DNA from: Sphingobacteriales bacterium
GTDB lineage: Bacteria > Bacteroidota > Bacteroidia > Sphingobacteriales > Sphingobacteriaceae
DNA length: 64,000 nt
Assembly (NCBI GenBank): GCA_038209155.1
Contig: JBBQYA010000002.1
Coordinates: 3,862-67,861, forward strand
Reading direction: 5' to 3'
Every line of letters starts with the position of its first letter. Positions within the stretch are counted from its first letter, which is position 1. The notes under the pieces are model-generated. The model did not search any database. It was given only the letters and a program-made list of their open reading frames with translations, and was not told where the DNA came from. Of this stretch, positions 18,047 to 27,237 are shown one piece after another. Position numbers and translations under genes: made by a program.

Positions 18047-18808
18047 ATGAATTTTAAGATTAAAGATAACAACGGATTTAAGTATGTGGAAGAAGGTGAA
18101 GGACCAGTTCTGCTATTGTTGCATGGCTTATTTGGAGCTCTGAGCAATTGGGAAGATGTGATAAAAGCATTCTCTTCTCACTATAAAATTCTTATTCCAT
18201 TAATGCCAGTTTACGAGTTGCCATTACTTTCAACCAATGTTACCAGTTTGGCCAAGTTTGTACAAAAGTTTGTTGAATATAAGAAGCTAGATAAATTTGT
18301 TTTATTGGGAAATTCTTTAGGTGGTCATGTGGCTTTAGTTTATACATTAAGCCATCCAGAGCATGTAGAACGAATGATGCTTACAGGAAGCTCTGGATTG
18401 TATGAAGAATCGATGGGGGGTACTTTTCCTAAACGTGAAAATTATGAATATATTAAAGAACGGGTTCAATACACATTCTATGCGCCAGAAACCGCAAGCA
18501 AGGAGTTGGTGGACGAAGTTTTTGAAATAGTAAACAATAGAAATAAAGTTATTAGAATTATAACAATGGCAAAATCTGCCATGAGACATAATTTAAAACA
18601 AGAATTATCTAAAATAAAAATTCCGGTTTGTTTAATTTGGGGAACAGATGATCGGGTAACTCCGCCTCCTGTAGCAGAAGAATTTCATCAATTACTAGTT
18701 CATTCAGAATTAAATTGGGTTGAAAAATGTGGTCATGCACCTATGATGGAACGCCCTTCAGAATTTAATGCTATACTCTCAAAATTTTTAAATAAACCAA
18801 TAACCTAA
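18047..18808 (+). CDS. Alpha/beta-fold hydrolase
   Basis: LLLHGLFG, nucleophile elbow GNSLGG and C-terminal ...CGHAPMME (catalytic His). Confidence 0.85.
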   Translation: MNFKIKDNNGFKYVEEGEGPVLLLLHGLFGALSNWEDVIKAFSSHYKILIPLMPVYELPLLSTNVTSLAKFVQKFVEYKKLDKFVLLGNSLGGHVALVYTLSHPEHVERMMLTGSSGLYEESMGGTFPKRENYEYIKERVQYTFYAPETASKELVDEVFEIVNNRNKVIRIITMAKSAMRHNLKQELSKIKIPVCLIWGTDDRVTPPPVAEEFHQLLVHSELNWVEKCGHAPMMERPSEFNAILSKFLNKPIT

Positions 18809-18815
18809 AAAAACC

Positions 18816-19481
18816 ATGCTCGCTAGAGAAATTCTCATCGATATTATTCCACCTCTGAAAATTAATGATACCATTCAGAAAGCTTTGGATTATATGTCGG
18901 AGTTTAAGGTGCAGCATTTACCCGTTGTAGAAGATAATATTCTTACTGCCATTGTTTCGGAAGATGAAATGATTGAATTGTCGGCTAATCAGTTGATTTC
19001 TGAAACTGTTAAAAATAATTATCCCATCACTGTTTTTCAAAATCAACATTATTATGATGTAGTTAAATTAATGTCTGAAAATAATTTAACGCTGATTCCT
19101 GTAGTTTCAGATTCAACTTTAAGATATTTAGGCGCTATTACGCTACAAACTTTAGCAAAGTATCAAGCAAAAACAAGAGCATTGGCAGAACCAGGAGGTA
19201 TTTTAATTATCAATTGTGGATTGCATGATTATTCTTTGTCAGAAATAGCCAGAATTATAGAATCTGAGGATGTAATCATATTAAGTTCTTATATAACTTC
19301 TGAACTTGGAGCTCGCCTTTTAGAAATCACTTTTAAATTAAATAGAACTGACTTATCTTCTGTAATTGCTTCTTTGGAAAGATTTAATTATCAAATAGTT
19401 GCATCATACCATCAGCCTACCATAAATAGTAATTCTATGGAACGCTATGAGTCTTTTATGACTTATCTTAATCTAAAATAA
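18816..19481 (+). CDS. CBS-domain pair protein
   Basis: Two CBS-like modules (...MSEFKVQHLPVVED..., ...MSENNLTLIPVVSD...). It holds the conserved position just upstream of nadK. Confidence 0.7.
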   Translation: MLAREILIDIIPPLKINDTIQKALDYMSEFKVQHLPVVEDNILTAIVSEDEMIELSANQLISETVKNNYPITVFQNQHYYDVVKLMSENNLTLIPVVSDSTLRYLGAITLQTLAKYQAKTRALAEPGGILIINCGLHDYSLSEIARIIESEDVIILSSYITSELGARLLEITFKLNRTDLSSVIASLERFNYQIVASYHQPTINSNSMERYESFMTYLNLK

Positions 19482-19483
19482 AA

Positions 19484-20362
19484 ATGGTAATAGCCCTTTA
19501 CGGCAGAAATTTTAATGATCAAGCAATTCCCTATGTTCAGGAATTAGTAGATTGTTTGCAAGATGCAGGATTGAAAATTACCGTATTTGAGTCATTTTTG
19601 GTTTTTTTAAATACCAGAATTCAGTTTAAAAATCCATTAGAGACTTATGATTCGCATGATGATTTAGTTTTTAAAGTAGATTTTTTAATAAGTTTAGGCG
19701 GCGATGGTACTTTATTAGATACTGTTACCTTGGTTAGAGACTCTGGAATTCCAGTTGTTGGAATTAACTTAGGAAGATTAGGTTTTCTAGCAAGTATTAA
19801 TAAAGATTCTGTTCGCACGGCTGTAGAAAGTTTAGTAAAAGGCCATTTTACATTAGATAAAAGAACTTTGTTGCGCTTAGAATCGGACGTTCCTCTCTTC
19901 AATGGATTAAATTATGCTTTAAATGAATTAACAATCCATAAAAAAGATACCTCTTCTATGATCATTATACATACTTATTTGAATGGTGAATTTTTAAATT
20001 CGTACTGGGCCGATGGTTTAATTATCGCAACACCTACTGGTTCCACTGCATATTCATTAAGTTGTGGTGGACCCATTATTTTTCCTCGATCAGGCAATTT
20101 TGTTATCACGCCTATCTCGCCACACAACTTAAATGTTCGCCCCGTAATTCTATCAGATAGTAATACAATAACTTTTGAAGTGGAAGGCCGAAGTTCTTAT
20201 TTCTTAGTTACATTGGATTCTAGAACAGAAATTATTGATTCATCTGTTCAATTGGCAGTTAGAAAAGAGAATTTTGAGATAAATCTACTCCGCTTGAATA
20301 ATGAAAATTATTTAACCACGTTAAGGAACAAATTAATGTGGGGCTTGGATACTCGAAATTAA
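19484..20362 (+). CDS. nadK: NAD(+) kinase
   Basis: GGDGT motif (LISLGGDGTLL), NELTI and ATPTGSTAYSLSCGGPI. Confidence 0.92.
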   Translation: MVIALYGRNFNDQAIPYVQELVDCLQDAGLKITVFESFLVFLNTRIQFKNPLETYDSHDDLVFKVDFLISLGGDGTLLDTVTLVRDSGIPVVGINLGRLGFLASINKDSVRTAVESLVKGHFTLDKRTLLRLESDVPLFNGLNYALNELTIHKKDTSSMIIIHTYLNGEFLNSYWADGLIIATPTGSTAYSLSCGGPIIFPRSGNFVITPISPHNLNVRPVILSDSNTITFEVEGRSSYFLVTLDSRTEIIDSSVQLAVRKENFEINLLRLNNENYLTTLRNKLMWGLDTRN

Positions 20363-20430
20363 TTTTATCCAATTCGGAATTTAGCTACATTCTAAGCATT
20401 TTATAATTAATAGTAATTGAATTTAATTTA

Positions 20431-20438
20431 TATTTTTG
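20431..20438 (+). promoter_or_regulatory. Candidate -7 box (TAnnTTTG)
   Basis: TATTTTTG lies 16 nt upstream of the ATG at 20455. Confidence 0.35.
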
Positions 20439-20454
20439 CCCCTCGTAACAAAAA

Positions 20455-21306
20455 ATGAAATCGACTCTTAAACTTGTTTTCTTTCTTTTTTTTCTCTCAA
20501 TTTCTTTTGCTCAGGCGCAATGGGAGCCAGGTGTGGCTTTTGGTGGCTCTGGTTATCAAGGAGAAATGAATTCCAGAAATCCTGTAAAATTTACAGATCT
20601 GGCAGGTGGAATTTATTTAAGATATAATTTTAGTGATTTTTTTGCCTTTCGAGGATCGCTTTTTATTGGTAATCTTCAAGGTGCAGATTCGACGTCCAAT
20701 TTTGCATTTAATAAAGAAAGAAATTTAAGTTTTACCTCCTCCTTAGAAGAACTAGGAACTCAATTAGAGTTTAATTTATTCAGATACCAACCAGGTAGTA
20801 AAGATTATCGATTCACGCCTTATGTTTTCACTGGATTTAATATTTTCAGATTCAATCCGAAAGCAGTTTATAAAGGACAAGAATTTGAGTTACAACAATT
20901 AGGTACAGAAGGGCAGGGTACTGTATTAAATCCAGAAGGGAAATATTCTTTAGTTAATTTTTCGATTCCATATGGAGTTGGTATTAAATATAATTTTTTA
21001 GACAACTATACCTTTAATATAGAGGCAGGTTACAGAAGCACAGCAACAGATTATATTGATGATGTAAGTGGAACATATGTAGATAAAGTGGTTTTGGCGC
21101 AAAAAAATGGTTCAAATTCAGCCATTTTCAGTGATAGGTCAGGAGAATTAAATGATGGAGTTTATTCAGGAACTCCAAAAACGCAACGTGGCGATTTGAA
21201 AAAGAGAGATAATTATATGTTTGCTACTATTGGAATTTCATACACCTTTGTAAAAGTACAATGTCCAGGAATTTCTAATTTCCGAAAAATTCAAAAACTT
21301 AAATAA
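20455..21306 (+). CDS. Outer-membrane beta-barrel protein, DUF6089-like
   Basis: Signal peptide (SISFAQAQ) and alternating aromatic beta-strand pattern. It holds the conserved position between nadK and uppS, as in Flavobacteriia. Confidence 0.6.
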   Translation: MKSTLKLVFFLFFLSISFAQAQWEPGVAFGGSGYQGEMNSRNPVKFTDLAGGIYLRYNFSDFFAFRGSLFIGNLQGADSTSNFAFNKERNLSFTSSLEELGTQLEFNLFRYQPGSKDYRFTPYVFTGFNIFRFNPKAVYKGQEFELQQLGTEGQGTVLNPEGKYSLVNFSIPYGVGIKYNFLDNYTFNIEAGYRSTATDYIDDVSGTYVDKVVLAQKNGSNSAIFSDRSGELNDGVYSGTPKTQRGDLKKRDNYMFATIGISYTFVKVQCPGISNFRKIQKLK

Positions 21307-21381
21307 ATGTATGTAAATGCAATATTATACATTAGTAAAAAATAAAATATCAAATTACCATTTATTTGGCTGCACAAATTC

Positions 21382-22122
21382 ATGAATTTCAAAGATCAGA
21401 TTCTAAGTCAAACTTTACCAAAACATGTTGCTATTATAATGGATGGGAATGGAAGGTGGGCGAAAGAAAAAGGAAAATTCAGAGTTTTTGGACATAAGAA
21501 CGGCGTGAGAGCGGTTAGAGACACGGTAGAGGGCGCAGCCGAAATTGGATTAGAAAATCTTTCTTTATATGCTTTTTCTACTGAGAATTGGAATAGACCT
21601 AAATTAGAAGTTAATGCATTAATGGAATTATTAGTTTCGACCATTAACAAAGAAACAGCAACATTAATGGAAAATGATATTCGATTAACGGCTTTTGGCG
21701 ATTTAGATTCCTTACCATCATCTTGCCGAAGAGAATTGTATTCTGCCATTGATAAAACAAAAAATAATAAAAGAATGACATTAAACCTTGCCTTGAGCTA
21801 CAGTTCAAGAATGGAAATTGTAAATGCCGTGAAAAAAATAGCTTTAGAAGCAAAAGAAGGAAAAATCAATATTGAAGATATAGATGCTGATTTATTTTCC
21901 GATAATCTAAATAGCGGCTATCTTCCTAATCCTGAATTATTGATTAGAACTAGCGGAGAAAACAGAATCAGTAATTTTATGCTTTGGCAAATTGCTTACA
22001 CAGAACTTTATTTTACCACGAAATTATGGCCCGACTTCCGTCGTGAAGATCTTTTTGAGGCCATATTAAACTACCAAGGTCGCGAACGTAGATTCGGTTT
22101 AATCAGCGAACAGGTTAGCTAA
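21382..22122 (+). CDS. uppS: Di-trans,poly-cis-undecaprenyl-diphosphate synthase
   Basis: HVAIIMDGNGRWA, FSTENWNRP and RTSGE.RISNF.LWQ..Y.E. Confidence 0.93.
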   Translation: MNFKDQILSQTLPKHVAIIMDGNGRWAKEKGKFRVFGHKNGVRAVRDTVEGAAEIGLENLSLYAFSTENWNRPKLEVNALMELLVSTINKETATLMENDIRLTAFGDLDSLPSSCRRELYSAIDKTKNNKRMTLNLALSYSSRMEIVNAVKKIALEAKEGKINIEDIDADLFSDNLNSGYLPNPELLIRTSGENRISNFMLWQIAYTELYFTTKLWPDFRREDLFEAILNYQGRERRFGLISEQVS

Positions 22123-22146
22123 GTACAATTGAATTTATCCCTTTTA

Positions 22147-24639
22147 ATGAAAAATTTTTTTCTTACTATTTTTTTGTGTTGCAGCTTTTTAATCTCAAAA
22201 GCTCAAGATAGTACCTTAATTGACCTTAATTACAATCAACCGACAGAATATACTTTGGCAGGTCTTACTGTGAGTGGAACCAGATTTTTGGATCAAAATG
22301 CATTAATTACTTTATCTGGTTTGACCGTTGGAGAAAAAATCAAAATCCCTGGAGACAAAATTGCAAAAGCAATCAATAACCTTTGGAAACAAGGTCTTTT
22401 TGAAGATATAGAAGTAAATGTTACAAAAATTCTGGGTGATAATATTTTCTTGGATATGTACTTACAAGAGCGGCCTAGACTTTCTAAATTTCAGTTTATT
22501 GGAATTAAAAAAGGAGAAGTAGACGAAATTAAAGATAAAATAAAATTATTTCAAGGCAAAGTGGTGAATGATAACCTAATAAAAAATACATCAAATACCA
22601 TAGTAAAATATTATCAAGAAAAAGGTTTTCTGAATGCAACAGTTTCTATAACCCAAAAACCAGATACAGCTTTAAGTAATAGTGTTATTGTTTTAATTAA
22701 AATTGAAAAAAAAAATAAGATAAAAATAAATAAAATAAATATTACTGGAAACACAAATGTAGAGGCAAAAAAGTTAAAAAAAAGCATGAAGGATACTAAA
22801 GAGCGTAAGATTTACAATGTCTTTAAAACTTCAAAATTTCAAGAAAACACGTATGAGGAAGATAAAGTAAAACTTCTTCAAACGTACTCCAATTTAGGAT
22901 ATCGTGATGCTTACATTATAAAAGATACCGTTTACAAATACAATGAAATGGCGGTAAACGTGGAAATAAACATTTTTGAAGGGCCTAAATATTATTTTGG
23001 AAACGTAAATTGGGTAGGAAATACCAAATATTCCTCAGAAGCTCTCACTACCATTTTAGGATTGAAAAAAGGAGATGTTTACAATGCTCAAGAATTAGAA
23101 ACCCGATTACAACAAAATCCAAATGGGCGAGATATATCATCTCTTTATTTAGATGATGGATATTTGTTTTTCAATGTTTCTCCTTTTGAAACCAGGGTAT
23201 ATAATGATACCATAGATTTGGAAATCAGAATTACAGAAGGTGCTCAAGCGACTATCAATAAAGTAACGGTTCAAGGAAATTTAAAAACAAATGATAAAGT
23301 TGTATTACGAGAAATAAGAACCAAACCCGGGCAAAAATTTTCTAGAGCAGATATTATAAGAACAACCAGAGAAATTGCACAATTAGGATACTTTGACGAT
23401 CAAAAAACAAATGTAATTCCAAAACCTAATCCACAAGATGGTACAGTGGATTTGCAATTCATTGTGGAAGAAAAACCTGCAGATCAGATTGAACTTTCAG
23501 GAGGTTTCGGGGCTGGAACCATTGTGGGTACTCTTGGATTATCGTTTAATAATTTTTCTTTACGCAATATCTTTAATGGAAAGGCTTATGCTCCGATTCC
23601 TACTGGCGATGGGCAAAGATTAAGTTTAAGAGCTCAAGCAAATGGCAGATCATTTCAATCGTATAATTTTTCTTTTACTGAACCTTGGTTTGGAGGTAAA
23701 AAACCAATCAGTTTTGGAGCTTCTTTTTTCCGATCTTTACAAACTAATAATAGGCGAATAAGTGATCCTTTAAGTACTTATATTATTGTAAATGGAGTAG
23801 GGGTTACTTTGGGAAAAAGATTGAAAAGACCAGATGATTTTTTTGTATTGAATTATGGAATTAATTTTCAGCAATATCAGTTGAAGGATAATCCCAGTTT
23901 AATTTTCAGTAATGGAACTGCTTATAATATTAATTTTTCTCAATCTCTATCCAGAAATTCAGTAGATGCTCCAATCTATCCAAAATCGGGATCTAATATT
24001 CAAGTGAGTTTACAGGTGACACCGCCTTATTCTTTTATAAATGGAAATGTGTACGACCAATTTACCGATCCAAAAGAAAAATACAAATTAGTAGAATATC
24101 ATAAATGGAAATTTGATGCTACCCAATTTATTCGGGTATACGGCAATTTAGTATTGAATTTGAAAACCCAATTTGGTTTAGTAGGTTTTTACAATTCTGG
24201 TATAGGAATTTCACCTTTTGAAAAATTTAGATTAGGTGGTGATGGGCTTACTGGATTCAATTTCCTTACTGGTTCAGAAATTATTGGACTTCGTGGATAT
24301 GAAAATAATTCAATTGTGCCAGAGCCAAACCAAGGCGACGATGGAAGTCCAATTTTTAATAAATATGTAATAGAATTGCGACATCCTATTACACAATCTC
24401 AATCATCCACAATATTTTTACTTGCGTTTGCCGAAGGTGGGAATACTTGGAATACGTTTAATAAATTCCAACCGTTCAATGTAAAACGATCAGTAGGAGT
24501 TGGTGTTCGAATTTTCTTACCTATATTTGGGCTACTCGGGCTCGATTATGGATATGGTTTCGATGCTATTCCAGGAAACGAAACAGCCAATAAAGGGCAG
24601 TTTCATTTTTCTATTAGTCAGAGTTTAGGAGGATTTTAA
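22147..24639 (+). CDS. bamA: Outer-membrane protein assembly factor BamA
   Basis: Signal peptide MKNFFLTIFLCCSFLISKAQD, five POTRA-like repeats, and a C-terminal barrel ending ...SISQSLGGF. It follows uppS and precedes two skp genes. I prefer the ATG at 22147 to the TTG at 22129. Confidence 0.9.
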   Translation: MKNFFLTIFLCCSFLISKAQDSTLIDLNYNQPTEYTLAGLTVSGTRFLDQNALITLSGLTVGEKIKIPGDKIAKAINNLWKQGLFEDIEVNVTKILGDNIFLDMYLQERPRLSKFQFIGIKKGEVDEIKDKIKLFQGKVVNDNLIKNTSNTIVKYYQEKGFLNATVSITQKPDTALSNSVIVLIKIEKKNKIKINKINITGNTNVEAKKLKKSMKDTKERKIYNVFKTSKFQENTYEEDKVKLLQTYSNLGYRDAYIIKDTVYKYNEMAVNVEINIFEGPKYYFGNVNWVGNTKYSSEALTTILGLKKGDVYNAQELETRLQQNPNGRDISSLYLDDGYLFFNVSPFETRVYNDTIDLEIRITEGAQATINKVTVQGNLKTNDKVVLREIRTKPGQKFSRADIIRTTREIAQLGYFDDQKTNVIPKPNPQDGTVDLQFIVEEKPADQIELSGGFGAGTIVGTLGLSFNNFSLRNIFNGKAYAPIPTGDGQRLSLRAQANGRSFQSYNFSFTEPWFGGKKPISFGASFFRSLQTNNRRISDPLSTYIIVNGVGVTLGKRLKRPDDFFVLNYGINFQQYQLKDNPSLIFSNGTAYNINFSQSLSRNSVDAPIYPKSGSNIQVSLQVTPPYSFINGNVYDQFTDPKEKYKLVEYHKWKFDATQFIRVYGNLVLNLKTQFGLVGFYNSGIGISPFEKFRLGGDGLTGFNFLTGSEIIGLRGYENNSIVPEPNQGDDGSPIFNKYVIELRHPITQSQSSTIFLLAFAEGGNTWNTFNKFQPFNVKRSVGVGVRIFLPIFGLLGLDYGYGFDAIPGNETANKGQFHFSISQSLGGF

Positions 24640-24652
24640 CTTTTATAATACA

Positions 24653-25312
24653 ATGAAGAAAATATTTTTATTAGTAACAATTGCCTTGTTTTTTGAAAAT
24701 TCTTGGGCACAAAAAATTGGTTTTGTAGATACTGAATACATCTTAAAACATGTTCCAGAATATACATCTGCACAACGGCAATTGGATGATTTATCAGTAA
24801 ATTGGCAAAAAGAGGTGGATAAAAAATACGATGAAATAGATAAATTATATAAAGCTTACCAAGCGGAACAAATTCTATTATCAGAAGATATGCGAAAAGC
24901 AAAGGAACAAGAAATAGTAGACAAGGAAAAAGCAGCTAAAGATTATCAAAAGCAGAAATTTGGTTTTGAAGGGGAGCTTTTTCAAAAAAGAAAAGATTTA
25001 GTTAAACCAGTTCAAGACAAAATTTACAATGCAGTTCAAAAAGTGGCTGAGGAGGGAGCTTTTGGGTTTTTATTCGATAAAACTAGCGATTTAATTATGA
25101 TTTATTCAAGCTCAAAATACAATAAAAGCGATGATGTAATTATAAAAATGGGATACAAACCCGGTCAAATAGTTGGTGGAGATGCTCCAAAATCCAATCC
25201 TTCACAAGATGTAAGTACACCTAATAGACCAAACCAAACTGCTCCAGCAAAAACAAATCAGCAGCCAGTAAAATCTCCGCCAGTTACTCAACCAATAAAA
25301 GACAGAAAATAG
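24653..25312 (+). CDS. OmpH/Skp-family periplasmic chaperone
   Basis: Signal peptide and the start KIGFVDTEYILKHVPEY, a coiled-coil core and a Pro/Gln-rich tail. It lies in the conserved position after bamA. Confidence 0.8.
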   Translation: MKKIFLLVTIALFFENSWAQKIGFVDTEYILKHVPEYTSAQRQLDDLSVNWQKEVDKKYDEIDKLYKAYQAEQILLSEDMRKAKEQEIVDKEKAAKDYQKQKFGFEGELFQKRKDLVKPVQDKIYNAVQKVAEEGAFGFLFDKTSDLIMIYSSSKYNKSDDVIIKMGYKPGQIVGGDAPKSNPSQDVSTPNRPNQTAPAKTNQQPVKSPPVTQPIKDRK

Positions 25313-25413
25313 AATTGGATTTTTATAAATTAAATTCTATTCTTACATTAAATAAAACAACTCAACGTAAAATTTTAAACAAAAACAATTTTAAAAAATC
25401 AGAATCAAAAAGG

Positions 25414-25992
25414 ATGAAAAACATAATCAAAGTTGCCTTAGTAGCAATATTAGTCACTTTAGGAAATAGTAAATTATTTGCTCAGTCAACAAAATTTGGA
25501 CATATAAATTCAGCTGAATTGTTGAGTATGATGCCAGAAATCAAAGAAGCAGATAAATTGTTGCAAACCTATGGAGCACAATTGGAATCACAATTAAAAA
25601 TGATGACTGCAGAATATCAATCAAAAGTAGAAAAATATCAAGGTGAAGAGGCAATGATGGCTGATGCAATAAAACAATCCAAAGTAAAGGAAATTACAGA
25701 CTTAGAAGGTAGAATTCAAGAATTTCAACAAACCGCTCAAGAATCTGTAACAAAGAAAAAAGAAGAGTTATATTCTCCAATATTGAAAAAAGCGGAAGAT
25801 GCAATTAACTCGGTAGCTAAAGAAAATAATTTTTCTTATGTTTTTGATAAAAGCGTTGGAGCAGTTATTTACGCTCAAGATTCAGATAATATCATGGATT
25901 TGGTAAAAAAGAAATTGAATGTCACTGGAATTTCACCAGCAGTTGTTCCAGCGCCAGCAAGTTCTCCTGAAAAAACAACACCCAAAAAATAA
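25414..25992 (+). CDS. OmpH/Skp-family periplasmic chaperone, second copy
   Basis: MKNIIKVALVAILVTLGNSKLFAQ, then KFGHINSAELLSMMPE. I use the ATG at 25414 because the track start at 25315 is a TTG that adds a non-signal N-terminus. Confidence 0.8.
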   Translation: MKNIIKVALVAILVTLGNSKLFAQSTKFGHINSAELLSMMPEIKEADKLLQTYGAQLESQLKMMTAEYQSKVEKYQGEEAMMADAIKQSKVKEITDLEGRIQEFQQTAQESVTKKKEELYSPILKKAEDAINSVAKENNFSYVFDKSVGAVIYAQDSDNIMDLVKKKLNVTGISPAVVPAPASSPEKTTPKK

Positions 25993-26010
25993 AATTGCAA
26001 AAACTATTTG

Positions 26011-26055
26011 AAAGGGATTATAAATCACGTAATTTGTGATTTATAATCCCTTTTT
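26011..26055 (+). terminator. Rho-independent terminator after the bamA-skp-skp unit
   Basis: Perfect 18-bp stem AAAGGGATTATAAATCAC / GTGATTTATAATCCCTTT with loop GTAATTT. The 3' arm runs into a T5 tract. Confidence 0.75.
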
Positions 26056-26058
26056 AAT

Positions 26059-26865
26059 TTGAATTCAACACAACCCATAGGTATATTTGATTCTGGTATC
26101 GGAGGCCTCACTGTCGCCAATGCAATTCATAAATTACTCCCATCGGAAAGCTTAATCTACTATGGAGATACTGCCCATTTTCCATATGGCGATAAATCTC
26201 CTGAAGCTATTAGTAAATATAGTGAAGGTGTAGCTAAATTTTTGATTTCTAAAAATTGTAAAGCAATAGTTATAGCCTGCAATACTGCGTCTAGTTTAGG
26301 ATTTGAAACGGTAAAAAAATTAGTTGGAGATTCTATTTTAGTAATTAATGTAATAGACCCTGTAATTGAATTAATAGAAAATCTTAATCATATAAATAGA
26401 GTAGGTGTGATAGCGACTAAAGGAACAATAAAATCAAAAGTATATGATACAAAACTCCTAAAAATAGACCGTGAGATACAAGTGCAAACATTAGCAACTC
26501 CATTATTAGCACCCATGATCGAGGAAGGTTTTTTTAATAATAACATTAGTAAAACAATTATTCACTCTTATTTATCGCGACCAAAATTAAAAAAAATAGA
26601 TGCCATCATACTGGCTTGTACTCATTATCCGCTCATAAAGCCTGAAATTGCAGCCTACTATAAAGCTAAAATTGAAATAATAGATAATGCTTTGGTTACA
26701 GCAGAGTATATTAAAATTAAATTAAAAGAATTAGATTTATTGAGCGATAGTAAAAATCCAAAACTTCAATTTTATGTTTCTGATTTTACCACTTCTTTTC
26801 AAAATAGTACTAAAGTTTTCTTTGAAGATAAAGTTCATTTAGAACTAAAAAATATCTGGAAATAG
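26059..26865 (+). CDS. murI: Glutamate racemase
   Basis: IGIFDSGIGGLTV, the first catalytic Cys block IACNTAS and the second LACTHYP. TTG start at 26059. Confidence 0.92.
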   Translation: MNSTQPIGIFDSGIGGLTVANAIHKLLPSESLIYYGDTAHFPYGDKSPEAISKYSEGVAKFLISKNCKAIVIACNTASSLGFETVKKLVGDSILVINVIDPVIELIENLNHINRVGVIATKGTIKSKVYDTKLLKIDREIQVQTLATPLLAPMIEEGFFNNNISKTIIHSYLSRPKLKKIDAIILACTHYPLIKPEIAAYYKAKIEIIDNALVTAEYIKIKLKELDLLSDSKNPKLQFYVSDFTTSFQNSTKVFFEDKVHLELKNIWK

Positions 26866-27150
26866 TCATGATACTCTAGACTATTTGCTGAAAAAAAATT
26901 TTAAATTACAAGAAACAATTAGACTAATTTTTCGCAATATCTAAACCTTATATCTCTAATAATAAATAAGTTTTTTTTATAATAATTTGTATTTATTATT
27001 ACGAAGTTAATAATTGGAATTTTAAATTAACATGCTGTCAAAAGTGTTACAGCGAAGATTTAATTCAGAAGTTGTATAAAATTTCTACACAATTATTTTA
27101 ATAATTTGAACTAATTTATATTCTAAAAAAAATAATTCCAAACCGAATAG

Positions 27151-27176
27151 GGGTAACAAATACTTTACTTGTCATA
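27151..27176 (+). promoter_or_regulatory. Candidate ECF-type promoter, GGGTA-N13-TTGTCATA (copy 1)
   Basis: GGGTA at 27151-55 and TTGTCATA at 27169-76. The same 13 fixed bases at the same spacing recur at 28484-28509. Confidence 0.45.
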
Positions 27177-27212
27177 CATAAAAGAAGGATAAAATTTGTG
27201 TGCGGTAAAGCA

Positions 27213-27220
27213 TAGATTTG
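27213..27220 (+). promoter_or_regulatory. Candidate -7 box (TAnnTTTG)
   Basis: TAGATTTG lies 17 nt upstream of the TTG start at 27238. Confidence 0.3.
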
Positions 27221-27237
27221 CATAAAAAATAAATCTC

